64,000 nt of DNA from positions 35,017 to 99,016 of the forward strand of contig CAVTPE010000024.1 of assembly GCA_963736515.1 (NCBI GenBank). The letters run 5' to 3'. The stretch comes from an uncultured Acidimicrobiaceae bacterium (GTDB lineage: Bacteria; Actinomycetota; Acidimicrobiia; Acidimicrobiales; RAAP-2). Positions 47,152-58,399 of the stretch are shown piece after piece (position 1 is the stretch's first letter; each line of letters begins with the position of its first letter). Below the pieces are notes generated by a model. The model searched no databases. It saw nothing but the letters and a program-made list of their open reading frames with translations, and was not told where the DNA came from. Made by a program: the position numbers and the translations under genes.

Positions 47152-47786
47152 TGGGGCGTCAGCGTAGCGAACCAGTCCCAACGAAAGGCATCAACGCGCT
47201 CGAGGGGTCCAGCCCATTCCGGGGACCCGCTGCCGCCGGTCCCGAGGGCGGTGGAGGCCCGCCAGAGGTCGCCGTCGACGAAGGCAACCGTGATGAAGCG
47301 GCCGTGCTCGTCGTCGGCGAATTGCCAGGCGCCGGCCACTCCGGGATGGCGCGTCCACTCGGCGCCGTCCACGCGCGGGCCAACGACCACGTGAACCCCC
47401 TGGGCGGGGCGAAAGGGAACCGCTTCGGGCGAGACGGCCACCCGGGGGGCGGCCCAGCGGCCGGCGACGGCCAGCGGCCCCGACAGCACGCTCCGCCGCG
47501 CCGCAAAGAAGCGGTCTGCCGCGCGCAGCCGTTCGGCCAGGGCGAAGAATTCGGGGAGCACCTGCTCGTCACGGAGTAGGTACAGCGTCATGTAATGGAA
47601 GGGCTCGAGGAGCCGGCCCGTCGCGGCCTCCGCCGCCCGGCACCGCGGTGAGCGCACCCAGCGGCGACCGAACGAGATGCCGTCAATCGTGAACTGCTCG
47701 GGGAGATGGTCGAGCTGGTGCCAGGCGTTGTAGGCCTCGTGGGCCGAGGGATCGGTCACCTCGGTGAACGAGACGAAACCCAGCAC
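47148..47786 (-). CDS. hypothetical protein (212 aa)
   Basis: Coding-like composition, and it is translationally coupled to the next gene. I recognise no motif. Confidence 0.55.
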   Translation of the reverse strand: MLGFVSFTEVTDPSAHEAYNAWHQLDHLPEQFTIDGISFGRRWVRSPRCRAAEAATGRLLEPFHYMTLYLLRDEQVLPEFFALAERLRAADRFFAARRSVLSGPLAVAGRWAAPRVAVSPEAVPFRPAQGVHVVVGPRVDGAEWTRHPGVAGAWQFADDEHGRFITVAFVDGDLWRASTALGTGGSGSPEWAGPLERVDAFRWDWFATLTPQ

Positions 47787-47809
47787 GCCGCGAGGCTACC
47801 CGCCGCCCG

Positions 47810-48865
47810 ATGCAAGACTCTGGCCCGATGGCAGCCGCGACGGCGTTCCTCTCGGGTCTCCGGGTGCTGGACCTGAGCATCTGGCGCCCTGGGCCGTACG
47901 CGACATCGCTCCTGGTGCCCCTGGGGGCCGACGTGCTCAAGGTCGAGCCGCCGGGCGGTGACCCAATGCGCCACTACGCCGGCCTCTTCGACGCGGTCAA
48001 CGCGGGAAAGCGCAGTGTGGAGCTCGATCTCAAGGATGAGGTCGGACGCAACCGGGCCCTCGAACTGGCGGCCGAGGCGGACGTGCTCGTCGAGGGCTTC
48101 CGCCCCGGGGTCTTGGGCAGACTCGGGCTGGCTGAGCCGGCTGTGCGGGCGCTGAACCCGGCCATCGTCTACTGCTCGATCTCGGGCTACGGGCAACACG
48201 ACCGCCGCGCCGCGCTCCCGGGCCACGACGTGAATTACCAGGCGTGGGCAGGGGCGTTGGCGCCCGAGGGCGGTCCTGCCAGGGCCATCCCGCCGCTCCC
48301 GGCCGCCGACCTGGCCGCCGGGCTGACCGCAGCCTTCGGCATCTGCGCCGCCGTGCTGGGCCGTGTCACGAGCGGGGAGGGGGCCTCCCTCGACATCTCC
48401 ATGACCGACGTCCTCGCCACCTGGACGGGACCGGCCGGCGCCGAACCGGCCAACGGGACGGGGTCGCCGGGCCCCTCGGCGCCCACACCCGGCTACGGGC
48501 TCTTCGAGACCGTCGACGGCGGGCAGGTTGCGCTCGGCGTGGTCAACGAGCAGCACTTCTGGTCGAGCCTCTGCGCGGAGCTCGGACTGGAGGATATGGG
48601 GGCGCTCGGCTTCGCCCAGCGGTGCCGGCACGGGGCCGAACTGCAGCACGCCATCGGTGCAGCCATCGCGACACGGCCTCGGGACGAACTGGTGACCCGG
48701 CTGGTCGCCGTCGGCGTGCCCGTGGCCCCGGTGCTCGACCGCCAGGGGATGCTGGCTGCGGCGCCGTTCCCCACCTTTCCCATCCGACTCCCTCTGCCCG
48801 AGGGCGCCCGGTCCGTTCCACGACTGGACCAGCACCGCGGCGAAGGCTTCGCCGGGCCCGCCTGA
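47810..48865 (+). CDS. CoA-transferase family III (CaiB/BaiF-like)
   Basis: LSGLRVLDLS..GPYATSLL..LGADVLKVEPPGGDP...VLVEGFRPGVLGRLGL. Confidence 0.85.
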   Translation: MQDSGPMAAATAFLSGLRVLDLSIWRPGPYATSLLVPLGADVLKVEPPGGDPMRHYAGLFDAVNAGKRSVELDLKDEVGRNRALELAAEADVLVEGFRPGVLGRLGLAEPAVRALNPAIVYCSISGYGQHDRRAALPGHDVNYQAWAGALAPEGGPARAIPPLPAADLAAGLTAAFGICAAVLGRVTSGEGASLDISMTDVLATWTGPAGAEPANGTGSPGPSAPTPGYGLFETVDGGQVALGVVNEQHFWSSLCAELGLEDMGALGFAQRCRHGAELQHAIGAAIATRPRDELVTRLVAVGVPVAPVLDRQGMLAAAPFPTFPIRLPLPEGARSVPRLDQHRGEGFAGPA

Positions 48866-48907
48866 CGACGGGCGGCCGGGTCCCGTGCTGTTACGGTCCA
48901 GCGACGC

Positions 48908-49396
48908 ATGACGCGCATCTCCGACCTCCTCGCCGCCAATCAGTTGCACTCCGCCGCGCGCGCCAACGTGGCCGATCCACGTCCCGGACGGCATCTGGCC
49001 GTCGTCACCTGTATGGACGCCCGCATCGATGTCTTCGCCGTGCTCGGCCTCCATCTCGGCGAGGCGCACGTGATCCGGAACGCCGGCGGGCGCGTCACCG
49101 AAGACGTGCTGCGCAGCCTTGCCCTCTCCAGCGGTGTCCTCGGGGTGGACACCGTCGTGGTGATGCAGCACACCAAGTGCGGCCTCGCCGGCGTCAGTGA
49201 CGCGCAGCTCCGTGAGCTGACGGGGGCCGACCTGGAGTTCTTCCCGATCGGCGACCATGCCGCGGCCCTGCGCGAGGACGTGGACCTGTTGGCCCGCACG
49301 CCCTACCTGGAGCGGCTGCGAATGATCGCGGGGTTTGTCTACGACGTGGAGAGCGGCGAGATCGAGGACGTCGTGCGCTGGGAGCGCGCGGGCTGA
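48908..49396 (+). CDS. beta-class carbonic anhydrase (Rv1284/CanA-like)
   Basis: Zinc and catalytic motifs CMDARID and HTKCG. 162 aa. Confidence 0.85.
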   Translation: MTRISDLLAANQLHSAARANVADPRPGRHLAVVTCMDARIDVFAVLGLHLGEAHVIRNAGGRVTEDVLRSLALSSGVLGVDTVVVMQHTKCGLAGVSDAQLRELTGADLEFFPIGDHAAALREDVDLLARTPYLERLRMIAGFVYDVESGEIEDVVRWERAG

Positions 49397-49408
49397 GGCG
49401 GTGGCGGA

Positions 49409-50397
49409 GTGAGGGTCGCCATACTCGACGACTGGTTCGACACGGTCCGGACGCTCCCCTGTTTCGAAAAGCTGTCGGGCCACGATGTCACCGTCTTCAC
49501 CGACCATGTGCGGGACACCGAGACGCTGGCGCGGCGACTCGCCACGACGGAGGCACTCGTGCTCATCCGCGAGCGGACCGAGGTGCGCGCCCCCTCCTCG
49601 AGCGGCTCGGGCACCTCCGGCTGATCAGCCAGCGCAGCGTCTACCCCCATATCGACGCCGACGCCTGCACGGCGCTGGGCATCATCGTCAGCTCGAACCT
49701 GCACGCGGGCTCGCCGTCCTACGCCACGGCGGAGTTGACGTGGGCGCTCGTCCTGGCAGCCATGCGCCAGCTCCCCGCGCAGGTGGAGTCCTTGCGCGCC
49801 GGGCGGTGGCAGGCCGGGGTCGGCCGGACGCTGCGGGGCAAGACCCTGGGCATCTACGGCTACGGCCGGATCGGCGCCGTCGTCGCCGGCTTCGGCAGGG
49901 CCTTCGGCATGGACGTCCTGGCCTGGTCCAGGCCGACGTCGCTCGAGCGGGCGCGGGCCGACGGGGTGACGCCGGTCCGGGACGCCGCCGCGCTGTTCGC
50001 AACGAGCAACGTGGTGTCCCTCCACCTGCGCCTGGTCCCCGCCACCAGGGGAATCGTGACGGCAGCCGAGTTGGCCCAGATGGGACCCGACGCGCTGTTG
50101 GTGAACACGAGCCGGGCCGGTCTGATTGAGCCCGGAGCCCTGGTGGGCGCCCTGCGCGCCGGTCGCCCGGGCCGGGCCGCCGTCGACGTCTTCGAGTCCG
50201 AGCCCCTGCGCGACCCCGCGGACCCCCTCTTGACCATGGAGAACGTCGTCTGCACGCCCCACATCGGCTACGTGACCAGCGAGGAATGGGAACTACAGTT
50301 CAGCGACATCTTCGACCAGCTCAATGCCTATGCGGACGGCGCCCCGATCAACGTGGTGAACCCCGACGTGTTGGCACACGCCCGCAGCCGACCCTAA
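49409..50397 (+). pseudogene. D-isomer-specific 2-hydroxyacid dehydrogenase, frameshifted in a C5 run
   Basis: N-terminal ORF 49409..49624 and C-terminal ORF ([25 protein letters not shown]) lie in different frames. [22 protein letters not shown] is readable only after a 1-nt correction at 49590-49594. Confidence 0.8.
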
Positions 50398-50406
50398 GGA
50401 GCCACG

Positions 50407-51936
50407 ATGCCGGCCCAGCTCAGCGCCTCGCCACCACCCGCCAAACAGCGATCCCGTCCGCGGCGGAAGAAGTGCGGGCGGTCGCTCCGGGCGGCACTCG
50501 TCGGCTGCACCGTTCTGGTGCCGGTATTGCTCGCCGTGACACCGGGTGTCGCATCCGCCGCCTACCCCGACAACCCCGCCGAGCCGGTGAACTTCGGTGA
50601 CGCCGGCAACTTCGGGCCGGCCGGAGGCCTCGCGCTGAACGCCCCGCCGGTCGGCATGGCGCCGACCCACGACGGTCAGGGCTACTGGATCGTGGCGTCT
50701 GACGGCGGCATCTTCAGCTACGGCAACGCGGGCTTCCTCGGCTCGGCGGGTGCGCTCCCTCTCAACAAACCGATCGTGGGCATGGCGGCGACGCCCGACG
50801 GCGGCGGGTATTGGCTCGTTGCTTCCGACGGCGGCATCTTCAGCTACGGCGACGCCCAGTTCTACGGCTCGACCGGGTCGATGCGCCTCAACCAACCGAT
50901 CGTGGGCATGGCGGCCACCCCCAGTGGGCACGGGTACTGGCTCGTCGCTTCCGACGGCGGCATCTTCAGCTACGGCGACGCGGAATTCTACGGCTCGACC
51001 GGGTCGATGCACCTCAACCAGCCGATCGTGGGCATGGCGGCGGGACCGGGCGGGAGCGGCTACTGGCTCGTGGCCTCCGACGGCGGCATCTTCAGCTACG
51101 GGTCGGCGTCGTTCCTCGGCTCCATGGGCGGCACGCCGCTCAACGCGCCCATCGTGGGGATGGCCGCGACGGCCAGCGGCTACTGGTTGGCCGCCAGGGA
51201 CGGCGGCATCTTCAACTTCGGGACGGCGCCGTTCCTCGGCTCCATGGGCGGGCAGTCGAACCCCAATCCGATCCGTGCCATTGCGGCCACGCCTTCGGGG
51301 CAGGGTTACTGGCTCCTCCCGACGAGTCCCCCGCCGGCGCCCCCCACCCTCCAGTTGGGGTCGACCGGGGCTGCCGTGACGTCCCTGCAGCAGCGACTGT
51401 TCGCGCTGGGCTACTGGGTCGACACCACGAACGGCTCTTTCGACGACAGCACCCAGCAGGCCGTGTGGGCGCTGCAGAAGGCGGCCAACCTCCCCCGTGA
51501 CGGTGTCGTGGGCCCCTCGACGTGGGCTGCCCTGCAGGCCGGCATCGTCCCCCAGCCGCGGCCGGCGGCGGGCTACGAGATCCAGATCAATCTCGCCAAT
51601 GACCTCCTCATGGTGGTCAACAACGGCCATCTCGTGTGGACCCTCAACACCTCGACCGGCGGTGGCTACACCTACACCGAGGACGGCTCCACCTCGGTGG
51701 CCATCACCCCCACCGGGGTGTTCAGCACCTTCCGTGTGGTGGACGGCACCGTGACCGACTCGCTCGGCACGTTGTGGCGGCCCCGGTTCTTCTACCAGGG
51801 TTACGCCATCCACGGTGATTCGTCCGTGCCGCCCCAGCCGGTCTCACACGGCTGCGCGCGCATCAGTAACGAGGCCATCGACTGGGTCTGGGCGGCCAAC
51901 ATCGACCCGATCGGGACGACGGTCTGGGTCTACTGA
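50407..51936 (+). CDS. secreted L,D-transpeptidase: signal peptide, 42-aa GYW/DGGIF repeat domain, PG-binding domain, YkuD catalytic domain
   Basis: Signal LVPVLLAVTPGVASA. Six GYW-spaced repeats. PG_binding_1-like LQLGSTGAAVTSLQQRLFALGYW...DGVVGPSTWAAL. YkuD active site PVSHGCARIS. Confidence 0.85.
   Translation: MPAQLSASPPPAKQRSRPRRKKCGRSLRAALVGCTVLVPVLLAVTPGVASAAYPDNPAEPVNFGDAGNFGPAGGLALNAPPVGMAPTHDGQGYWIVASDGGIFSYGNAGFLGSAGALPLNKPIVGMAATPDGGGYWLVASDGGIFSYGDAQFYGSTGSMRLNQPIVGMAATPSGHGYWLVASDGGIFSYGDAEFYGSTGSMHLNQPIVGMAAGPGGSGYWLVASDGGIFSYGSASFLGSMGGTPLNAPIVGMAATASGYWLAARDGGIFNFGTAPFLGSMGGQSNPNPIRAIAATPSGQGYWLLPTSPPPAPPTLQLGSTGAAVTSLQQRLFALGYWVDTTNGSFDDSTQQAVWALQKAANLPRDGVVGPSTWAALQAGIVPQPRPAAGYEIQINLANDLLMVVNNGHLVWTLNTSTGGGYTYTEDGSTSVAITPTGVFSTFRVVDGTVTDSLGTLWRPRFFYQGYAIHGDSSVPPQPVSHGCARISNEAIDWVWAANIDPIGTTVWVY
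50587..51321 (+). repeat. intragenic tandem repeats with a ~120-126 nt period (coding)
   Basis: Near-identical DNA units, for example ctggctcgt(t/c)gcttccgacggcggcatcttcagctacggcgacgc... recurring. GYW occurs at aa 92, 134, 176, 218, 258 and 300. Confidence 0.9.
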
Positions 51937-52024
51937 CCGGGGCGGCCCGCCGCGCCCGCGAGGCCACACCGGAGCGGCGGTCTCACCTCGGAGACGCGCG
52001 CCGCACGAGTCCTCCCTAGGCTCA

Positions 52025-52961
52025 GTGGTGGTGGCCTACACGAAGGGACTGCACGAGGTGGCCGACGGTGTGTGGGCCTATCTGCAGCCCGACGGCGGCT
52101 GGGGCTGGTCCAACGCGGGGCTCGTCACCGGGGACAACACCTCCCTTCTGGTTGACACGCTCTTCGACCTCCGACTGACCGCCGAGATGCTCGACGAGAT
52201 GCGCAGGACCACCCCCTCGGCGGAGCGCATCACCACCGTGGTGAACACGCATGCCAACGGCGACCACTGCTACGGGAACGCGCTCCTGGAGGATTCGGAG
52301 ATAATTCGCGACCGCCCGCTGCGTTGAGGAGATGCTCCAGCTGCCGCCGGCCGCCATGGCGGCCATGATGCGCTCGGCCGACACACTCGGTGCCGCCGGC
52401 CAGTTCGTCCAGAGGATCTTCTCCCCGTTCTCCTTCGAGGACGTGCCGCTCGTCGTCCCCACCCGGACGTTCGAGCAACGGCTCGAACTGCGGGTCGGCG
52501 ACCGCGCCGTGTCGCTTCTCGAGATGGGTCCCGCGCACACCGCCGGGGATGCCGTCGTCCACCTACCCGACGATGGTGTCGTCTTCACCGGGGACATCCT
52601 CTTCCACGGCGGCCACCCCATCGTGTGGTCCGGGCCGGTGGCGAACTGGATCGCCGCCTGTGACCGCGTCCTCGAGCTCCACCCGACCGTGGTGGTCCCG
52701 GGACATGGGCCGCTCGCGACGGTGGCGGCTCTCGAGGACCTCAAGGGATATTTCGAGCTCCTGACCCGCGAGGCCCGGGGGCGCTTCGACTCGGGAATGA
52801 CCCCACTGGACGCGGCGCGGGACATCGACCTCGGGCCCTACGCGGGGTGGAGCGAAGCCGAGCGCGTCGTGGCCAACGTCCATGCCCTCTACCGCGACTT
52901 CGGGGGACCGGCGACGACCGATGCCCTCGCCCTCATGGGCGAGATGGCGTTGGCCGTCTGA
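52025..52961 (+). pseudogene. MBL-fold metallo-hydrolase split by a 1-nt frameshift
   Basis: Part 1 (...VNTHANGDHCYGNALLEDSEII) ends at 52327. Part 2 (ATARCVEEMLQLPP...GPAHTAGDAVVHLPDDGVVFTGDILF...VVPGHGP) is in another frame. The junction is at about 52307. Confidence 0.75.
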
Positions 52962-52968
52962 TACCCCC

Positions 52969-54546
52969 GTGTCCCTACCGGGCCAGCGCATTCGCCGTCT
53001 GACAGCCCGGGACCTGCGTCACGACTATGGAGCCCCCGCTCCGGGTACACCAACCCAGGTGGAGACGCGCACTGCCCCGTCACTGCTCGGGGGTCGCTAC
53101 CGCATCGACGGCATGCTCGGCGAGGGCGGGATGGCTCGGGTCTTCGACGCCTTCGACGAGCGGCTCGAGCGTCGGGTCGCCGTGAAGATCCTCCGGGCCG
53201 AGACACTGGCGCTGCCCGGCATGAGGCGGCGCTTTCAACAAGAGGCACTCATCGCCGGCCGCCTGATCCATCCACACATCGTGGCGGTCCTGGACTTCGG
53301 CGAGCAGAAGGCGTCGTCCTATCTCGTGATGGAGCGCCTGCCGGGCAGCACCCTTCGCGACGAAATCGTCGCCCGGGGACCCCTCCCCACGCAACGCGTC
53401 CTCGGCGTCATGGCCGAGACGCTCGGTGCTCTCGCCGCGGCCCACAAGGTCGGGGTACTGCACCGGGACATCAAGCCGAGCAACATACTCCTGCAAGAGG
53501 ACGGGCACACGAAGATCTCCGACTTCGGCATCGCCAAGAGCTCCGACCTGGGGACGGACCTCGACGTCCCGACCGACGACATGACCATGACCGGGGTCGT
53601 CCTGGGCACTCCCGGCTATCTCGCCCCCGAACGGAGATCGGGCCAGCCGGCCACGGTGCAGTCCGACCTATATTCGGTGGGGGCCGTCATGGTCGAGACG
53701 CTCACGGGGCAACGCCTTGCGCCCGGCGCAGCGGCGACCGAGCGGTTGCCTCCTTCTTTCCGTGACGTCGCTCTCCGGGCCCTGGCCACGGACCCACGAG
53801 AACGCTTCGCATCGGCGAGCGAGATGCTCCAGACGCTCCGGCTCCGCACGGCCGAGTCGACCGTGACCGCGCGCCCGGCGCCCACGCCGCGGTCGACACC
53901 GCCCACGACCCCCGAGCCCGTCCCGCCACCACGGCGGCCACCGGGGACCGCCACCCTCACTCCGCCGCGCCCGGAGAGAAGCGGTGCCCCGCGTGTTCGC
54001 GTGCGGCGCCGGCGCGTGCTACTGGCCGCTGTCGCTGTGCTGGCCCTCGTGGCTGCGCTCGTGCTTCTGCTCGAGGGCGGCAGCCGTCCGACCGGGCCTG
54101 CGGCATCGGCCGCGAAGCACCCCGTCGCGCGGCCGCAGACGCAGCCAAAGGCGCAGGCGCCCGCGCAAGCGCCCGCGCCCGCGCCGGCGCAAACCCCCCC
54201 GACGGACGCCGTGAGCTCGGCCATCGCGGCGCTGGCGACCTCGCTCGCCGGCGATGGGCTGCCCGGTGACGGCGCGTTGGCCAACGCCCTCGGGGCGATC
54301 GCGGGCCAACCGCCCGGGCTGGATCGCCAAACCTCGGCACAACAGGTCCTCTCCCTCGCGCGGGTGCTGCTCGACGGGGGCGGCATCACGTCGGGGCAGT
54401 ACCAATCCGTCGTGAACGTCCTGCAGCCGGCCGGAGCGACCGGGTCGACGACGCCACCCACGACGGCGGCGCAGGCTCCGGGTCCGTTCTTCCAACCTCA
54501 TGGTCACGACCACGGCCACGGCCAGGGAGACGACGGCGGAGGATAA
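52969..54546 (+). CDS. Ser/Thr protein kinase (Hanks-type) with a Pro-rich linker, one TM and an extracytoplasmic tail
   Basis: GEGGMARVF, AVKIL, HRDIKPSNILL, DFGIA, GTPGYLAPE. TM is VLLAAVAVLALVAALVLLL. The start is uncertain (GTG 52969; the longest ORF starts at 52882). Confidence 0.85.
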   Translation: MSLPGQRIRRLTARDLRHDYGAPAPGTPTQVETRTAPSLLGGRYRIDGMLGEGGMARVFDAFDERLERRVAVKILRAETLALPGMRRRFQQEALIAGRLIHPHIVAVLDFGEQKASSYLVMERLPGSTLRDEIVARGPLPTQRVLGVMAETLGALAAAHKVGVLHRDIKPSNILLQEDGHTKISDFGIAKSSDLGTDLDVPTDDMTMTGVVLGTPGYLAPERRSGQPATVQSDLYSVGAVMVETLTGQRLAPGAAATERLPPSFRDVALRALATDPRERFASASEMLQTLRLRTAESTVTARPAPTPRSTPPTTPEPVPPPRRPPGTATLTPPRPERSGAPRVRVRRRRVLLAAVAVLALVAALVLLLEGGSRPTGPAASAAKHPVARPQTQPKAQAPAQAPAPAPAQTPPTDAVSSAIAALATSLAGDGLPGDGALANALGAIAGQPPGLDRQTSAQQVLSLARVLLDGGGITSGQYQSVVNVLQPAGATGSTTPPTTAAQAPGPFFQPHGHDHGHGQGDDGGG

Positions 54547-54673
54547 ATGCCGTCGTGCCTGCCGTTCTGGTCGCCCGGTCAGCGGACCACGACGGCGAGC
54601 ACGGGACTACGCTGCGGACCGAGGCAGAAGAGAGACCGATGCAGATGGGACGGGGCTGCAGGAGCTCCCAATC

Positions 54674-56470
<1,797 letters not shown>

Positions 56471-56500
56471 AAGCTCGCATCGAACGAGTCGTCGTGGGCC

Positions 56501-57133
56501 CTACGCCCCGGCGTCGAGCCCGGTCATGGCCCTGAAGTCCGAGGTGGAGTTCAGGTGTGGAAAGGGCTCGGGTGGTTCCGTCACCCCGAGAGCGGCGCAC
56601 AGCGGCGCCCATCCGTCACCGGGCTGCCACTCCACCAGCCGGCCGGGAGGCGCTTCGGCCCGGACGCGGGCATTGTGCGCCTCGTAGGCAGCAATGGCGC
56701 CGGCGCGGTCCCGCCACTCCGGTGTGAACCGCTGCTCAATCAGCGCTTCGATCATGGTCAATTCGTCGCGACCGGCGTCGTCGTCCGGGCGGCCGCCTCG
56801 CGACAGCACGGCGAAGATCGTCTCTGAGGCACTCTTCCACCACGTGTCGCTGTCACGGGTCGACAGCACGATCACCGCATCCGGCGCGGCGACACTCAGT
56901 TCCTGCCAGAACGCCGCCGCCGGCCAATCCACAGTGGCCCGGTAGGGAGCCAGGAAGCTCGCCCAGTCCACGTCTTCGCCGCGCACCGCCGCGGCCCATG
57001 TCTCAGTTTGGTCGGGCCGGCCCAAAACTTCGACCATGTGGTAGCACGGCCCGCCGAGCAGCTGCTCCAAGGCCACCTTCAGGGAGTGCGTACCGGTCCG
57101 CCCGAGTCCTGCGCCAACCACCTGGAGTCCCAT
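56501..57133 (-). CDS. sulfotransferase-family protein
   Basis: PAPS-binding type N-terminus GAGLGRTGTHSLK, plus STRDSDTWWKS. 210 aa. Confidence 0.75.
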   Translation of the reverse strand: MGLQVVGAGLGRTGTHSLKVALEQLLGGPCYHMVEVLGRPDQTETWAAAVRGEDVDWASFLAPYRATVDWPAAAFWQELSVAAPDAVIVLSTRDSDTWWKSASETIFAVLSRGGRPDDDAGRDELTMIEALIEQRFTPEWRDRAGAIAAYEAHNARVRAEAPPGRLVEWQPGDGWAPLCAALGVTEPPEPFPHLNSTSDFRAMTGLDAGA

Positions 57134-57970
57134 CGCATCCGTCTAGCACAGAACGTGGCGGATTTCCCAGCTTCGACTTGCACAACGAGCTCGAACTGGC
57201 GCCTGCGTACGAGAGTCGGGGCGCTCGACCTTCGAACAAGGTCGCACGCTGGCCGGCCGACGCACAGAGGATGCCCCAGGAGCTCTTTTCGGCCTCCGCG
57301 CGTCGGACACCCGGGTGGCGGTGGAGTCTGCCCACACCGAGGGCGGTGGATCCCCGTCGACCACCGTATCTTCGCGACGAAGTTCGAGAACGTACTACGG
57401 AAGGCCACGGGCGGCTACATCCGGCTCACCCGCAACGTCCACTACCGCCCCTACGGCACCATCTCTGCCGCGGTAGCGAGTGTCTGCACCCTGACGTAGT
57501 TCTGCGCACGGGGGAACATTCACTTCACGGCGCAGGGGTACGCCCTCATCGCCTTTCTCGTGGTCGCCCGCTACGACATGCGGCGACCCTGAGCACCAGC
57601 CCTGGCGACGGTGGTACTGGGTCAACCTGGCGGCCGCTCGGCCTGCCTCGCCCTTTACGCGCACGAGCCGCCGAGATCCGCCCCGAGTCCTCCGAGGGCT
57701 TGGCTGCGAAGACAGGCCCGCCGTATTCGGCGATCGTCTTCGTCTTGTCCACTATCGCCCGGTCGTACAGGGCGTAGAACATCTTGAGGATTTCCGACTT
57801 GCTTGGCGTTCGCCGATGACCGCCTTCGCGTCGGACTCGGGAGTCACATCCGAGCCGGATCGGTCGGGACCCATCGCGGCAGCGAACGGGGATGGTCGAA
57901 GGCGGAATCGTCGATTTGGCCCCACATGAACGGTTGGGAGCCGGCAGAGATGAACTATGAACAGTTCGAA

Positions 57971-58399
57971 TCACGGCAGCTGTTTCGCGAAGAAATGTTC
58001 GCCGTGACCGCTGGGCGTGCCCTCGGCGTACCCGACCTCTTCGTAGCCGAGATGTCGATAGAAGTAAGGAGCTTGAAAGGTGTGCGTGTTTACGCGGATT
58101 GTCCGACAACCCCGCCTTTGCGACTCCGCCTCAAAGGCCCGCATGAGTCCGGTTCCGTAACCTCTTCCCCTGATGGACGCAGTCACCCAAAGCCACTCGA
58201 CCATCGCATAGCCCCCCCAGCTGAAGCCATCAATTCCCGCGTGAAGTTCACCTTTCTCACCTCGAAGAAAGCAACTCAAAGAGCGGTACTCGCCGTACCC
58301 GGTCACGGCCGTGTTGAAGGCCACTAACCGGGCCCGCAGTTCTGCTACGGCCGCCTCATCATGGATGTCTGTGATTTCGAATTCAACCATCACGTCCAT
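57971..58399 (-). CDS. GNAT-family N-acetyltransferase
   Basis: Acetyl-CoA block WVTASIRGRGYGTGLMRAFEAESQRRG. I chose ATG 58399; the longest ORF uses TTG 58411. Confidence 0.8.
   Translation of the reverse strand: MDVMVEFEITDIHDEAAVAELRARLVAFNTAVTGYGEYRSLSCFLRGEKGELHAGIDGFSWGGYAMVEWLWVTASIRGRGYGTGLMRAFEAESQRRGCRTIRVNTHTFQAPYFYRHLGYEEVGYAEGTPSGHGEHFFAKQLP

Noticed and set aside
50587-51321. The ~120-nt DNA repeats could be a non-coding repeat array or CRISPR-like locus.
   Set aside because: They are in frame within a long ORF and encode a regular 42-aa protein repeat. They are explained as intragenic domain repeats.
57955-57990. A tRNA-like T-loop sequence, GTTCGAATC, at the island edge.
   Set aside because: The flanking bases cannot form the T-stem or an acceptor stem. 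No cloverleaf can be drawn.
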